Of a stretch of 64,000 bases of DNA, positions 9,351-19,452 are shown piece by piece; the stretch's first letter is position 1, and the number at the start of each line of letters is the position of its first letter. Made by a program: the position numbers and the translations under genes. The stretch is from Candidatus Methanomethylophilaceae archaeon (lineage in GTDB: Bacteria; Bacteroidota; Bacteroidia; Bacteroidales; Bacteroidaceae). The notes beneath the pieces were generated by a model that did not search any database, had not been told where the DNA came from, and saw only the letters and a list, made by a program, of their open reading frames with translations. Where the stretch lies: NCBI GenBank assembly GCA_963594655.1, contig CAVBFD010000006.1, forward strand, positions 1 through 64,000. The letters run 5' to 3'.

Positions 9351-10688
9351 ATGAAAAAAACATTCTTAATCTTCCTCGGGGGCTGCATGGCAAGTGCCTG
9401 TGCGTTCGCACAGAAAACATGGACCCTGCAGGATTGTATCAGTTATGCTTTGGACAACAACATTCAGATAAACCAAAGCAGAATCACCACAGCGCAGAAC
9501 CAACTTGACGTGACCCAATCGAAAGCGTCCCTGTTTCCCTCGCTCTCGTTCAGCACCAACCAGAACGGGTCATGGCGACCGTTCAGTGAGTCTACCGTGA
9601 ACCTCTCCAACGGAACGATGACCACGACCCGCAACACGACCAGTTACAACGGCAGTTACGGACTCAACGCAAGTATGACTCTCTGGAACGGAGGGCGCAA
9701 CACCAAGAACATCAAAAAGAACGAGATGACCCGCGACATGTCGGAACTGGACGTGAAGAAGAACGAGAACTCCATACAGGAGCAGATAACACAACTGTAC
9801 GTGCAGATTCTGTACCAGACTGAGGCGGTGGCGGTGAACAAGGAACTGCTGAAGGGGTCGGAACTGCAACGTGACCGCGCCAAGGAGATGGTGGAAGTGG
9901 GAAGTCTCGCCAAAGTGGACCTCGCCCAACTGGAGGCGCAGGTGTCACAGGACATGTATAATGTGGTGAACTCGCAGTCGCAGTTGGAGAACTACAAACT
10001 GCAACTCAAGCAACTGCTGGAGATTGTGGGGCCGGAGGACTTCAATGTGGCTACTGCCAACGTGACCGACAAGGAGGTGCTGACCACCATACCCGACCGG
10101 GTGGACGTGTACAACACCGCCCTGACACTCAGACCTGAGATTGCCAGCAGCCGACTGAACATCGAGTCGAGCGCACTGGCGGTGGACATCGCCAAAGCCG
10201 GCTACCTGCCCACCATCAGTCTCAACGCCAGCGTCGGCACGAACAACTCCAGTGGCATCGAGACAACATTCTTCAAGCAGATAAAGACCAACATGAGCAA
10301 CTCGCTCGGCATATCAGTGTCAGTCCCCATCTTCGACCAGAAGTCCAACCTGACCAGTATCAGGAAAGCCAAACTGGCGTACGCCAACAGCAACCTGCAG
10401 TTGAAGGACGCGGAGAAGACCCTGTACAGCAACATAGAGAACTTCTGGTTGAACGCCACCACATCGCAGCAGCAGTACATCTACGCCAAGTCCAATGTGG
10501 AGAGTATGCAGGAGAGCTACGACCTTGTGAGCGAGCAGTTCCGTCTTGGACTGAAGAACGTGGTGGAACTGACCACAGGAAAGAACAACCTGCTGCAGGC
10601 AGAGCAACAGCTGCTGCAGTCCAAATACAACACGCTGTACAACATAGCGATGTTGGAATTCTACAGAGGCAACAACATCAAACTGTAA
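9351..10688 (+). CDS. TolC-family outer membrane efflux protein
   Basis: Signal peptide, 445 aa, two-repeat coiled/beta architecture typical of OEP family, first gene of efflux operon. Confidence 0.75.
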   Translation: MKKTFLIFLGGCMASACAFAQKTWTLQDCISYALDNNIQINQSRITTAQNQLDVTQSKASLFPSLSFSTNQNGSWRPFSESTVNLSNGTMTTTRNTTSYNGSYGLNASMTLWNGGRNTKNIKKNEMTRDMSELDVKKNENSIQEQITQLYVQILYQTEAVAVNKELLKGSELQRDRAKEMVEVGSLAKVDLAQLEAQVSQDMYNVVNSQSQLENYKLQLKQLLEIVGPEDFNVATANVTDKEVLTTIPDRVDVYNTALTLRPEIASSRLNIESSALAVDIAKAGYLPTISLNASVGTNNSSGIETTFFKQIKTNMSNSLGISVSVPIFDQKSNLTSIRKAKLAYANSNLQLKDAEKTLYSNIENFWLNATTSQQQYIYAKSNVESMQESYDLVSEQFRLGLKNVVELTTGKNNLLQAEQQLLQSKYNTLYNIAMLEFYRGNNIKL

Positions 10689-10710
10689 CACAAAAACAAA
10701 GAAACGAAAT

Positions 10711-11901
10711 ATGAACAAGAGTATTTTTAAGTTAGGCGCAACGCTTACACTGATAACAATGACCTTCATCGCCTGCTCAGAGAGCGCGGACGTGACGTAC
10801 AAGACTGAAGCCGTGTCAAAGCAAGACCTGTCCACCAGCATCACAGCCACAGGTTCCATCGAGCCGGTGACACAAGTGGAGGTGGGAACACAGGTGTCCG
10901 GTATCATCGACAAGATATACGTGGACTACAACAGTGTGGTACACAAGGGCGACATCATCGCGGAGCTTGACAAGACCAACCTGACAAGTGAACTGGCTTC
11001 TGCCAAGAGCAATCTGGCGAACTACCAGAGCAACCTCAACTACCAGACAGCCAACTACAACCGCTACAAGACCCTGTACAACAAAGGACTGGTAAGCGCG
11101 AACGACTATGAGAACGCGCGCCTCTCGTACGAACAGGCCCTGCAGCAGGTGGCAGTGCAGCAACAGAACGTGCAGAAGGCGCAGACCAACCTCGGCTACG
11201 CCACCATCACGTCACCGATTGACGGAGTGGTACTCTCACGTGAGGTGGAAGAGGGACAGACCGTGGCCTCAGCGATGACCACCCCTACCCTCTTCATCAT
11301 CGCACAGGACCTCACCGACATGCGTGTCATCGCCGACATCGACGAGGCTGACATAGGCGGTGTGCAGGAAGGACAGAGGGTCAGTTTCACTGTTGACGCA
11401 TACCCGGAGGACGTGTTCGAGGGAAGAGTGACACAGGTGCGCCAGAATGCCACAACAGAGAGCAATGTAGTGACATACGAGGTGGTCATCTCCGCACGCA
11501 ACGACGACCTTAAACTGAAGCCGGGCCTGACCGCCAATGTTACCATTTATGTGATGGAACTGCACGACGTGCTGTCAGTACCGTCAAAGGCACTCCGCTT
11601 CACACCGAACGAACTGTTGTTGAAGGACGACGAGAAGGTGGTGGACTGCGATGGAGAGAACAAGGTATGGGTGCGCGAGGGCAACACCTTCAAGGCCATA
11701 GCTGTGGAGATTGGCAACACCAACGGCACATACACTGAGATAAAGTCAGGTCTCAAGGAAGGGACTGAGGTCATCACTGAGTTCGAACTCAACGAGGTGA
11801 AGGAAGAGGAGACAACGGCAAGCAACCCGTTCATGCCGGGACCAAGGAACAACAACAAAAACCAGAAGTCCGGCAACGGTTCAAACGGCGGTAAAAAGTA
11901 A
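10711..11901 (+). CDS. Efflux transporter periplasmic adaptor subunit (HlyD/MacA family) lipoprotein
   Basis: Lipoprotein signal (FIACS), coiled-coil hairpin region, beta-barrel C-terminal domain; adjacent to MacB-type ABC genes. Confidence 0.75.
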   Translation: MNKSIFKLGATLTLITMTFIACSESADVTYKTEAVSKQDLSTSITATGSIEPVTQVEVGTQVSGIIDKIYVDYNSVVHKGDIIAELDKTNLTSELASAKSNLANYQSNLNYQTANYNRYKTLYNKGLVSANDYENARLSYEQALQQVAVQQQNVQKAQTNLGYATITSPIDGVVLSREVEEGQTVASAMTTPTLFIIAQDLTDMRVIADIDEADIGGVQEGQRVSFTVDAYPEDVFEGRVTQVRQNATTESNVVTYEVVISARNDDLKLKPGLTANVTIYVMELHDVLSVPSKALRFTPNELLLKDDEKVVDCDGENKVWVREGNTFKAIAVEIGNTNGTYTEIKSGLKEGTEVITEFELNEVKEEETTASNPFMPGPRNNNKNQKSGNGSNGGKK

Positions 11902-12665
11902 TGGCGATGGAAGTGAACAAAGATAAGGTAGTAATAGAACTCCAAAACGTAAAACGCCACTTTCAGGTCGGCAACGAGACCGTGAAAGCCCTGCGCGGCA
12001 TATCGTTCAAGATATACGAAGGCGAGTTCGTTACCATCCAAGGCACATCAGGATCGGGCAAGTCCACCTTGCTCAACCAACTGGGATGTCTTGACACTCC
12101 GACCTCCGGCGAGTACTTCCTCGACGGAGTTCCAGTGCGGAAGATGTCGAAGAACCAGCGGGCGCACCTGCGCAACAAGAAAATCGGGTTCATATTCCAG
12201 AACTACAACCTCCTGCCCAACACCTCTGCGGTGGAGAACGTGGAACTGCCGCTTATGTACAACAATAAGTTCAGTGCCAAGCAAAGGCGAGAGGCCGCAG
12301 TCAAGGCACTGGAGGCAGTGGGACTGGGCGACCGCCTTTACCATAAGTCCAACCAGATGTCGGGTGGACAGATGCAGAGGGTGGCCATCGCGCGCGCCTT
12401 GGTCAACGACCCTGCCGTACTGTTGGCGGACGAGGCTACGGGAAACCTGGACACGCGCACCTCGTTCGAGATGCTGGTGCTTTTCCAACAACTCTACAAG
12501 CAAGGCCACACGATTATCTTCGTGACACACAACCCGGAGATTGCGGAGTATGCGTCACGCAACATCAACCTGCGGGACGGCAAGATACGTGAGGATACCG
12601 TCAACACCAACATCAAATCAGCAGCTGAGACACTCGCCTCACTGCCTAAACCACAAGACGACTGA
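11901..12665 (+). CDS. ABC transporter ATP-binding protein (MacB/LolD-type)
   Basis: Walker A GTSGSGKST, ABC signature LSGGQMQRVAIARAL, Walker B LLADE; TAATG overlap with upstream gene. Confidence 0.9.
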   Translation: MAMEVNKDKVVIELQNVKRHFQVGNETVKALRGISFKIYEGEFVTIQGTSGSGKSTLLNQLGCLDTPTSGEYFLDGVPVRKMSKNQRAHLRNKKIGFIFQNYNLLPNTSAVENVELPLMYNNKFSAKQRREAAVKALEAVGLGDRLYHKSNQMSGGQMQRVAIARALVNDPAVLLADEATGNLDTRTSFEMLVLFQQLYKQGHTIIFVTHNPEIAEYASRNINLRDGKIREDTVNTNIKSAAETLASLPKPQDD

Positions 12666-12667
12666 CT

Positions 12668-13888
12668 ATGAACGTTCTGAATTTGATAAAAGTGTCACTG
12701 AAGGCAGTGGCAAGCAACAAGATGAGGTCTTTCCTCAGTATGCTCGGCATCATCATCGGTGTGGCTGCCGTCATAGCCATGATGAGTATCGGACAGGGTT
12801 CCAAGGAAAGTATCAGAAAGGAACTCTCGACCATGGGAACCAACCTGCTGACCGTGCGTCCCGGAGCGGAGCGTCGTGGAGGAGTACGTCTTGACCCATC
12901 GGAGATGCAGACCCTCAAGATGGCGGATTACGAGGCTATCATGGCTGAGAAGAAGTATGTGACCAACGTGTCACCGGAAGTGACCGCGAGCGGCCAGGTG
13001 GTATACGGCAACAGCAACACCCAGACTACCATTTACGGTGAGACTCCCGAGTACCTTGACATCAAGCAATGGGTGATTGAACAGGGCGACTGCTTCACCG
13101 AGGAGGACATAAAGAAATCGGCGAAGGTGTGCGTGGTGGGCAAGACCATCGTGGACGAGCTGTTCGGTGAGGGAGCTGACGTGATAGGCAAGAACATTCG
13201 GTTCAAGTCCATCCCCATGAAGATAGTGGGCGTACTGAAGTCGAAGGGCTACAACAACTGGGGTATGGACCAGGACAATGTAATCATCGCGCCCTACACC
13301 TGCGTGATGAAGCGTATAGCCGCCCAGACCTACTTCTCCTCTATCGTCTGCTCTGCCATCACTGAGGAACTGTCGGACAACGCGATAGAGGAACTGACAC
13401 AGATTCTCCGCCGCAACCATAAGATTAAAGACGGTGACGATGATGACTTCACCATACGGTCACAGGCAGAGATGATGGAAACCATGTCCAGCACTATGGA
13501 CACTGTGACCCTCATCCTCGGTATCGCCGCAGGCTTCTCGCTCCTCATCGCCGGCATCGGTATCATGAACATCATGTTGGTGTCTGTCACCGAGCGCACC
13601 AAGGAGATAGGACTGCGTATGGCTGTCGGAGCTACTGGCTTCGTGATAAGCGTGCAGTTCCTCATCGAGTCCATCATCATCAGTGTCACTGGAGGTGTCT
13701 TCGGTGTCCTGCTCGGTGTGGGTGCATCCGAATGGGTACTCCCACTTTTCGGAATGCCAAGCAGTGTGCCTTCATGGTCCATATTCCTGTCGTTCGGAGT
13801 ATGTGTAGTCATTGGAGTGCTGTTCGGTTATATCCCTGCGAACAAAGCGGCCAACATGGACCCGATTGAGGCTATAAGGCATGAGTGA
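12668..13888 (+). CDS. ABC transporter permease (MacB/FtsX-like)
   Basis: N-terminal TM, large periplasmic domain, C-terminal FtsX-like 3-TM bundle; 406 aa. Confidence 0.8.
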   Translation: MNVLNLIKVSLKAVASNKMRSFLSMLGIIIGVAAVIAMMSIGQGSKESIRKELSTMGTNLLTVRPGAERRGGVRLDPSEMQTLKMADYEAIMAEKKYVTNVSPEVTASGQVVYGNSNTQTTIYGETPEYLDIKQWVIEQGDCFTEEDIKKSAKVCVVGKTIVDELFGEGADVIGKNIRFKSIPMKIVGVLKSKGYNNWGMDQDNVIIAPYTCVMKRIAAQTYFSSIVCSAITEELSDNAIEELTQILRRNHKIKDGDDDDFTIRSQAEMMETMSSTMDTVTLILGIAAGFSLLIAGIGIMNIMLVSVTERTKEIGLRMAVGATGFVISVQFLIESIIISVTGGVFGVLLGVGASEWVLPLFGMPSSVPSWSIFLSFGVCVVIGVLFGYIPANKAANMDPIEAIRHE

Positions 13889-13942
13889 ACGGAACGGTCG
13901 TCACGACCGTCCGTCCATTCAAGGATGAAACCAGTAGGCATC

Positions 13943-13981
13943 AAAAAAAAGGTGTATCCGCTTTGGCGGATACACCTTTTT
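13943..13981. terminator. Bidirectional rho-independent terminator (A8-GGTGTATCCGC-TTTG-GCGGATACACC-T5)
   Basis: Perfect 11-bp stem flanked by A-run and T-run between convergent permease and ilvC genes. Confidence 0.8.
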
Positions 13982-13999
13982 ATATATAGAAGAACGTTA

Positions 14000-15043
14000 T
14001 CAGTTGTTCTCAGGACGGAGCTGACGTACAACCTCAGCTGTGCGCCACATCTCAGAGTCGTGCATAGCGGCAAGTTCCTTCTCCAATCCCGCACGGTAGT
14101 CCGGCTTTGAGTTGGAGTCGATGGAAATCTGAGCCTCATTACCTGATTTTACAGAATCATAGAGCTGCTGCATAACCGGCTTGATGGCGTCGTGGAAACG
14201 CGGAGCCCAGTCGAGTGCGCCACGCTGTGCTGTAGTAGAGCAGTTAGCGTACATCCAGTCCATTCCCTTTGCTGCGAACAGCGGCATAAGAGACTGGGTA
14301 AGTTCCTCAACTGTCTCGTTGAATGCCTCAGATGGAGTGTGTCCGTTCTCACGGAGAGTCTCATACTGTGCTGAGAGGAGTCCCTGAATAGCGCCCATAA
14401 GAGAACCGCGCTCACCTGTAAGGTCTGATGTGGCCTCACGCTGGAATGTAGTCTCGAAGAGGTAACCGGAACCGATACCGATACCCAGAGCGAGAGTGCG
14501 GTCGAGAGCGTGACCGCTTGCGTCCTGGTATACAGCGTATGATGAGTTGATTCCGCGTCCTTCGAGGAACATGGAACGGAGTGAAGTACCAGATCCCTTT
14601 GGAGCTACCATGATCACGTCAACATCCTTTGGAGGAACACAGCCTGTACGGTCGCTCCATGTGATGGCGAAACCGTGAGAGAAATAAAGGGCCTTGCCCG
14701 GAGTGAGGTACTTCTTTACAGTAGGCCATACAGAGATTACAGCCGCGTCTGAAAGCAGACACATGATGATTGTACCTTTCTCAGCTGCCTCCTCGATAGA
14801 GAACAGGGTCTCGCCCGGAACCCATCCGTCAGCCTTTGCCTTCTCGAAAGTCTTGCCCTGACGCTGGCCCACGATTACATTGAAACCGTTGTCACGAAGG
14901 TTGCATGACTGACCGGGACCCTGCACTCCGTAACCGAGTACAGCGATGGTCTCGTTCTTCAATATCTCACGAGCTTTCTCAAGTGGAAACTCCTCACGGG
15001 TCATCACTTCTTCAATGACACCGCCAAAATTCATTTTTGCCAT
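14000..15043 (-). CDS. ilvC: Ketol-acid reductoisomerase
   Basis: N-terminal Rossmann GYGVQGPGQSCNLRDNG, class I KARI length 347 aa. Confidence 0.9.
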   Translation of the reverse strand: MAKMNFGGVIEEVMTREEFPLEKAREILKNETIAVLGYGVQGPGQSCNLRDNGFNVIVGQRQGKTFEKAKADGWVPGETLFSIEEAAEKGTIIMCLLSDAAVISVWPTVKKYLTPGKALYFSHGFAITWSDRTGCVPPKDVDVIMVAPKGSGTSLRSMFLEGRGINSSYAVYQDASGHALDRTLALGIGIGSGYLFETTFQREATSDLTGERGSLMGAIQGLLSAQYETLRENGHTPSEAFNETVEELTQSLMPLFAAKGMDWMYANCSTTAQRGALDWAPRFHDAIKPVMQQLYDSVKSGNEAQISIDSNSKPDYRAGLEKELAAMHDSEMWRTAEVVRQLRPENN

Positions 15044-15081
15044 AATAAAATCCTTTCTTTTATCTATAGTTGATTATATGA

Positions 15082-15696
15082 TTACTCTTTGTTTCTCATC
15101 TCCTCACGCAACGCCAGATAAGCGTCGAGCCGTTCCTCTGTACTCTTGGTGATACATATCCTGCCCGAACGGACGAACTGCAGCACCGCACCCTGTTCGT
15201 TCAGCGCGTTGTAGAGCGAGAGTATTTCCTTTGTCACACCTGTCTTCTCCGCTGTGGCATACACTGGGTTCACCTCCACGATATGGGCGTTGTGCAGACG
15301 TATGGTCTTCGACACGTCCTCGTTCTCCAACATCACCGGGGTCGAAATCTTCAGGAGTGAAGTCTCGATGATGAATATCTCATCATCCGTATAGTAGTTC
15401 GCCTGCAGCACATCCACCCGCTTCTCCATCTGTTTGGTCAGTTGGCGTGCCATACGATCTGAACAATAGCAGGTGACAGTAAACTTATGCACACCCTTGG
15501 TGCTGGAGGCACACACGTTTATTGTCTCGATATTTATCTGCCGGCGTGTGAAGATGGCGGATATCTGTGACAGCAGTCCCGGTGTGTTCTCCGAGTATAT
15601 GAGGATGGTGTACAGTCTGTCACACTGTGTCAAGTCCTTTTCTTCTATGTTCTTGCATTTACCGCAAACATTACAATCATTACTTTCCATGACCAT
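15082..15696 (-). CDS. ilvN: Acetolactate synthase small (regulatory) subunit with ACT domain; carries a 26-aa N-terminal Cys-rich extension (CxxCxxC...C)
   Basis: ACT-domain block RLYTILIYSENTPGLLSQISAIFTRRQINIETINV aligns with E. coli IlvH N-terminus; located between ilvB and ilvC. Confidence 0.8.
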   Translation of the reverse strand: MVMESNDCNVCGKCKNIEEKDLTQCDRLYTILIYSENTPGLLSQISAIFTRRQINIETINVCASSTKGVHKFTVTCYCSDRMARQLTKQMEKRVDVLQANYYTDDEIFIIETSLLKISTPVMLENEDVSKTIRLHNAHIVEVNPVYATAEKTGVTKEILSLYNALNEQGAVLQFVRSGRICITKSTEERLDAYLALREEMRNKE

Positions 15697-15732
15697 TGAC
15701 TGTTTGTTATATGGATTATTGAGGGGTTTAAC

Positions 15733-17424
15733 TTATAGTTCAAGTATCATCTCGTTGACATTGGCTCCCGGAGGTGTCATCGGAAGTACGTTGTCCTCTT
15801 CCAGGACAGCGCACTGCAGGAGGTAAGGGCCGTCTGTAGCCAACATCTTCTCTATCGCACTGTCGATATGTTCCCTGTCGACCACCGTCTCAGCCGGTAT
15901 GCCGTATGCCTTGGCAATGAGTTCGTAGTCCGGGTTCATCATCGGAGTGAACGAATAGCGGTGGTTGAAGAACATGGCCTGCCACTGACGCACATTACCG
16001 AGGTAATTGTTGTTCAACAGGATAATCTTGACCGGCGCATGCTGCTCCATGATGGTTCCGAGTTCCTGAATGGTCATCTGCAGACCGCCGTCGCCCACGA
16101 ACAGGCACACCGTACGGTCGGGCGCGCCGAATGTCGATCCTATAGCTGCGGGAAGTCCGAATCCCATAGTGCCGCAACCGCCCGAAGTGACGACGCTGTG
16201 CGGTTTGGTAAACTTGAAGTACCTGCATCCGAACATCTGGTTCTGTCCCACGTCGGTCACGAGGACACCCTCGTTCTTGGTAGCCTCACTCACCTTATGT
16301 ATGACCTCAGCCATACGGAGCGGGCCTTCGGTCGGATAAACCGCCTTACTGATGACCTTCTCGTATTCTTTCTCCGCATAAGGCTTGAACGACTCAATCC
16401 ATTCCGTATGCTTGGTCTTGTGAACCCTCTTGGTCACCTCAGCCAGTGTGCATTTACAGTCGCCCAACACAGCCAGAGTGGTCTTCACGTTCTTGTCAAT
16501 CTCACTTGGGTCTATATCGAAATGGATTATCTTCGCCTGCTTGGCATAAGTGTTGATGTTGCCTGTTATACGGTCGTCGAAACGCATACCGACAGCAATG
16601 AGAAGGTCACACTCGTTGGTCTTGACGTTCGGACCGAGATTACCGTGCATACCCAACATTCCCACATTCAACGGATGGTTCGACGGAAGGTCGGACAGTC
16701 CGAGGAGAGTGCAACCGACAGGTATGTCCGCTTTCTCTATAAGGTCAAGGAGTTCCGCATGAGCGTTGCCCAGTTCCACTCCCTGTCCCGCGAGCAGCAG
16801 TGGCTTGTCGGAATGGTTGATGAGGTACGCCGCCTGTTCTATGGCATCGTTGTCCATCGTCGGCACCGGCTGGTAACTGCGTATGAAATGATCCTTGTGC
16901 GGCTCATAGTCCACCATAGCTGTCTGTGCGTTCTTGGCGAAGTCGAGTACCACCGGTCCCGGTCGTCCGCTGCGGGCGATATAGAACGCGCGGCTCACCG
17001 CCCAGGCGATGTCCTCGGCACGGCGAATCTGGTAACTCCACTTGGCGATAGGGTTGGTCACATTCACCACGTCCACCTCCTGAAACGCGTCTGTACCCAA
17101 CATGGAGGCACCCACTTGTCCGCAAATCACCACTATCGGAGTGGAGTCAATCATCGCGTCGGCAATGCCGGTGATTGTATTGGTGGCGCCGGGTCCACTG
17201 GTCACTATGGCGCATCCAACCTTACCGGACACACGCGCATAACCCTGCGCTGCATGAGCGGCACCCTGTTCGTGACGCACCAGTATGTGGTGCAGTCTGT
17301 CGGTATAATCATAAAGTGCGTCGTAGACGGGCATTATGGATCCGCCGGGATAACCGAACAGCGTGTCCACACCCTCATTGAGCAATGACTTCATCAAAGC
17401 CTCAGCACCTGTAATCCTTTCCAT
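15733..17424 (-). CDS. ilvB: Acetolactate synthase large subunit (TPP enzyme)
   Basis: GYPGGSIMPVYDAL N-terminal TPP-enzyme motif, GDG TPP-binding region; track ORF starts at TTG 17430, ATG at 17424. Confidence 0.9.
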   Translation of the reverse strand: MERITGAEALMKSLLNEGVDTLFGYPGGSIMPVYDALYDYTDRLHHILVRHEQGAAHAAQGYARVSGKVGCAIVTSGPGATNTITGIADAMIDSTPIVVICGQVGASMLGTDAFQEVDVVNVTNPIAKWSYQIRRAEDIAWAVSRAFYIARSGRPGPVVLDFAKNAQTAMVDYEPHKDHFIRSYQPVPTMDNDAIEQAAYLINHSDKPLLLAGQGVELGNAHAELLDLIEKADIPVGCTLLGLSDLPSNHPLNVGMLGMHGNLGPNVKTNECDLLIAVGMRFDDRITGNINTYAKQAKIIHFDIDPSEIDKNVKTTLAVLGDCKCTLAEVTKRVHKTKHTEWIESFKPYAEKEYEKVISKAVYPTEGPLRMAEVIHKVSEATKNEGVLVTDVGQNQMFGCRYFKFTKPHSVVTSGGCGTMGFGLPAAIGSTFGAPDRTVCLFVGDGGLQMTIQELGTIMEQHAPVKIILLNNNYLGNVRQWQAMFFNHRYSFTPMMNPDYELIAKAYGIPAETVVDREHIDSAIEKMLATDGPYLLQCAVLEEDNVLPMTPPGANVNEMILEL

Positions 17425-17480
17425 TATCAAATAACACTTATTGTCTACCCCGGCAGTCTCGCCGCCGGACTGTAGTCTTC

Positions 17481-19283
17481 TTAATCAATTATTCTTACTC
17501 CTCCCTTGTCCGCGCTGCTCACACTCTGGGCATAGGCACGGAGGGACTTACTTACATTCCTGTTCCGTCTCAACGGCTGCTGCGGACGCGCCGCCAACTC
17601 CTCATCGCTCAACCTCACGTTGATTGAACGGTTCGGTATGTCTATCTCTATTATGTCTCCGTCCACAATCTTGCCTATATTGCCACCACTGGCAGCCTCA
17701 GGACTGATGTGTCCGATACTCAAGCCGCTTGTTCCACCGGAGAAGCGTCCGTCGGTGATGAGCGCGCACTCCTTACCGAGGTGCATGGACTTGATGTAGG
17801 ATGTGGGATAAAGCATCTCCTGCATACCCGGTCCACCCTTCGGACCCTCGTGGGTTATCACCACCACATCACCCGACTTCACCTTACCGCCAAGGATGCC
17901 CTCGCAAGCGTCCTCCTGTGAATCGAACACCACAGCCAGACCGGAGAACTTCCACAGACTCTCGTCCACTCCCGCTGTCTTGACCACGCAACCGTCCTGT
18001 GCGATGTTGCCAAACAGGATGGCCATACCTCCGTCCTTGGTGTAGGCATGTTCAATATCACGTATACAACCGCCGGCGCGGTCGGTATCGAGTGTCTCGT
18101 AGACTGTGTTCTGTACTCCCAGTTTATTGCAGAACACACCGGCAGGCGCTGAAGAGTAAATCCGCTTTGCCTCCGGATCAACATCCGCCTTCAGTATACT
18201 GTATTTCTCTATGTCCTCAGCCAGTGTGGATCCGTTGACACGCTTCACAGAAGTGTCAATCAGTCCGCCCTTAGCAAGTTCACCCAGCAGGTTGAGCATT
18301 CCACCGGCGCGTCCACACTCCTGCACACTGTACTTCTGTGAGTTCGGCGCCAGTTTACAAAGGAACGGAGTCTTGCGTGAGAGACGGTCGATGTCAGCCA
18401 TGGTGAAGTCCACCTCTGCCTCCTGCGCCACTGCCAACAAGTGCAGCACGGTATTGGTTGACGCTCCCATGGCGATGTCGAGGGTCATGGCGTTGAGGAA
18501 CGCCTTACGGGTGGCTATGCTGCGTGGCAGCACACTGTCGTCACCGTCCCCGTAATAGGCGAAGGCGTTCTTTACTATCTGTCGGGCAGCCGCCTTCATC
18601 AGTTCCACACGGTTCACGTGTGTAGCCAGAATCGTTCCGTTTCCGGGAAGCGAGAGACCGATGGCCTCTGTCAGGTTGTTCATCGAATTGGCGGTGAACA
18701 TTCCTGAGCAGCAACCGCAACCGGGACAAGCCCTGTCCTCCACCTCAGCCAGTTCGGAGTCGCTGACAGTAGTGTCCGCACCCTTCACCATGGCTGTGAT
18801 AAGGTCGAGGTTCTCACCCTTGTACTTTCCGGCCTCCATCGGGCCACCGGACACGAAGACTGCCGGGATGTTCAGCCGCATTGCCGCCATCAACATTCCC
18901 GGAGTTATCTTGTCACAGTTGGAGATACATATCATCGCGTCCGCCTTGTGAGCGTTCACCATGTATTCCACCGAATCGGCTATTATGTCACGGCTTGGCA
19001 GTGAGTACAACATACCGTCGTGACCCATCGCGATACCGTCGTCTATTGCAATCGTGTTGAACTCAGCCGCATAACAGCCCAGTTTCTCTATCTCAGCCTT
19101 TACTATCTGTCCAGCCTCGTGCAGGTGTGTATGACCCGGCACGAACTGGGTGAATGAATTCACAATGGCTATAATCGGTTTGCCGAACTGTTCCCTTTTC
19201 ATTCCGTTGGCCACCCACAAAGCGCGTGCGCCAGCCATACGGCGGCCTTCTGTACAAACCGCACTACGTAATTTATTTTTCAT
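17481..19283 (-). CDS. ilvD: Dihydroxy-acid dehydratase
   Basis: IlvD/EDD family signature N-terminus ([18 protein letters not shown]), Fe-S cluster Cys (CPGCGCC), 600 aa. Confidence 0.9.
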   Translation of the reverse strand: MKNKLRSAVCTEGRRMAGARALWVANGMKREQFGKPIIAIVNSFTQFVPGHTHLHEAGQIVKAEIEKLGCYAAEFNTIAIDDGIAMGHDGMLYSLPSRDIIADSVEYMVNAHKADAMICISNCDKITPGMLMAAMRLNIPAVFVSGGPMEAGKYKGENLDLITAMVKGADTTVSDSELAEVEDRACPGCGCCSGMFTANSMNNLTEAIGLSLPGNGTILATHVNRVELMKAAARQIVKNAFAYYGDGDDSVLPRSIATRKAFLNAMTLDIAMGASTNTVLHLLAVAQEAEVDFTMADIDRLSRKTPFLCKLAPNSQKYSVQECGRAGGMLNLLGELAKGGLIDTSVKRVNGSTLAEDIEKYSILKADVDPEAKRIYSSAPAGVFCNKLGVQNTVYETLDTDRAGGCIRDIEHAYTKDGGMAILFGNIAQDGCVVKTAGVDESLWKFSGLAVVFDSQEDACEGILGGKVKSGDVVVITHEGPKGGPGMQEMLYPTSYIKSMHLGKECALITDGRFSGGTSGLSIGHISPEAASGGNIGKIVDGDIIEIDIPNRSINVRLSDEELAARPQQPLRRNRNVSKSLRAYAQSVSSADKGGVRIID

Positions 19284-19452
19284 GTCGTTTTTGCCTTTCG
19301 CTTTAACTAATCAGTCTGCAAAATTACGATAATATACTGTAAGTGCCAACACATTTACTAAAAAATTTCGTCGGCACTTACCTTATTGCATAAGTTTCAC
19401 TCCGATTGTTTACCGCATTACATATATAACCTGTCAAAAAGCGAAACATGTA

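Noticed and set aside
15868-17388. 506-aa plus-strand ORF antisense to ilvB
   Set aside because: ilvB on the minus strand has clear TPP-enzyme signatures. The antisense product is His/Arg-rich low-complexity, typical of a shadow ORF.
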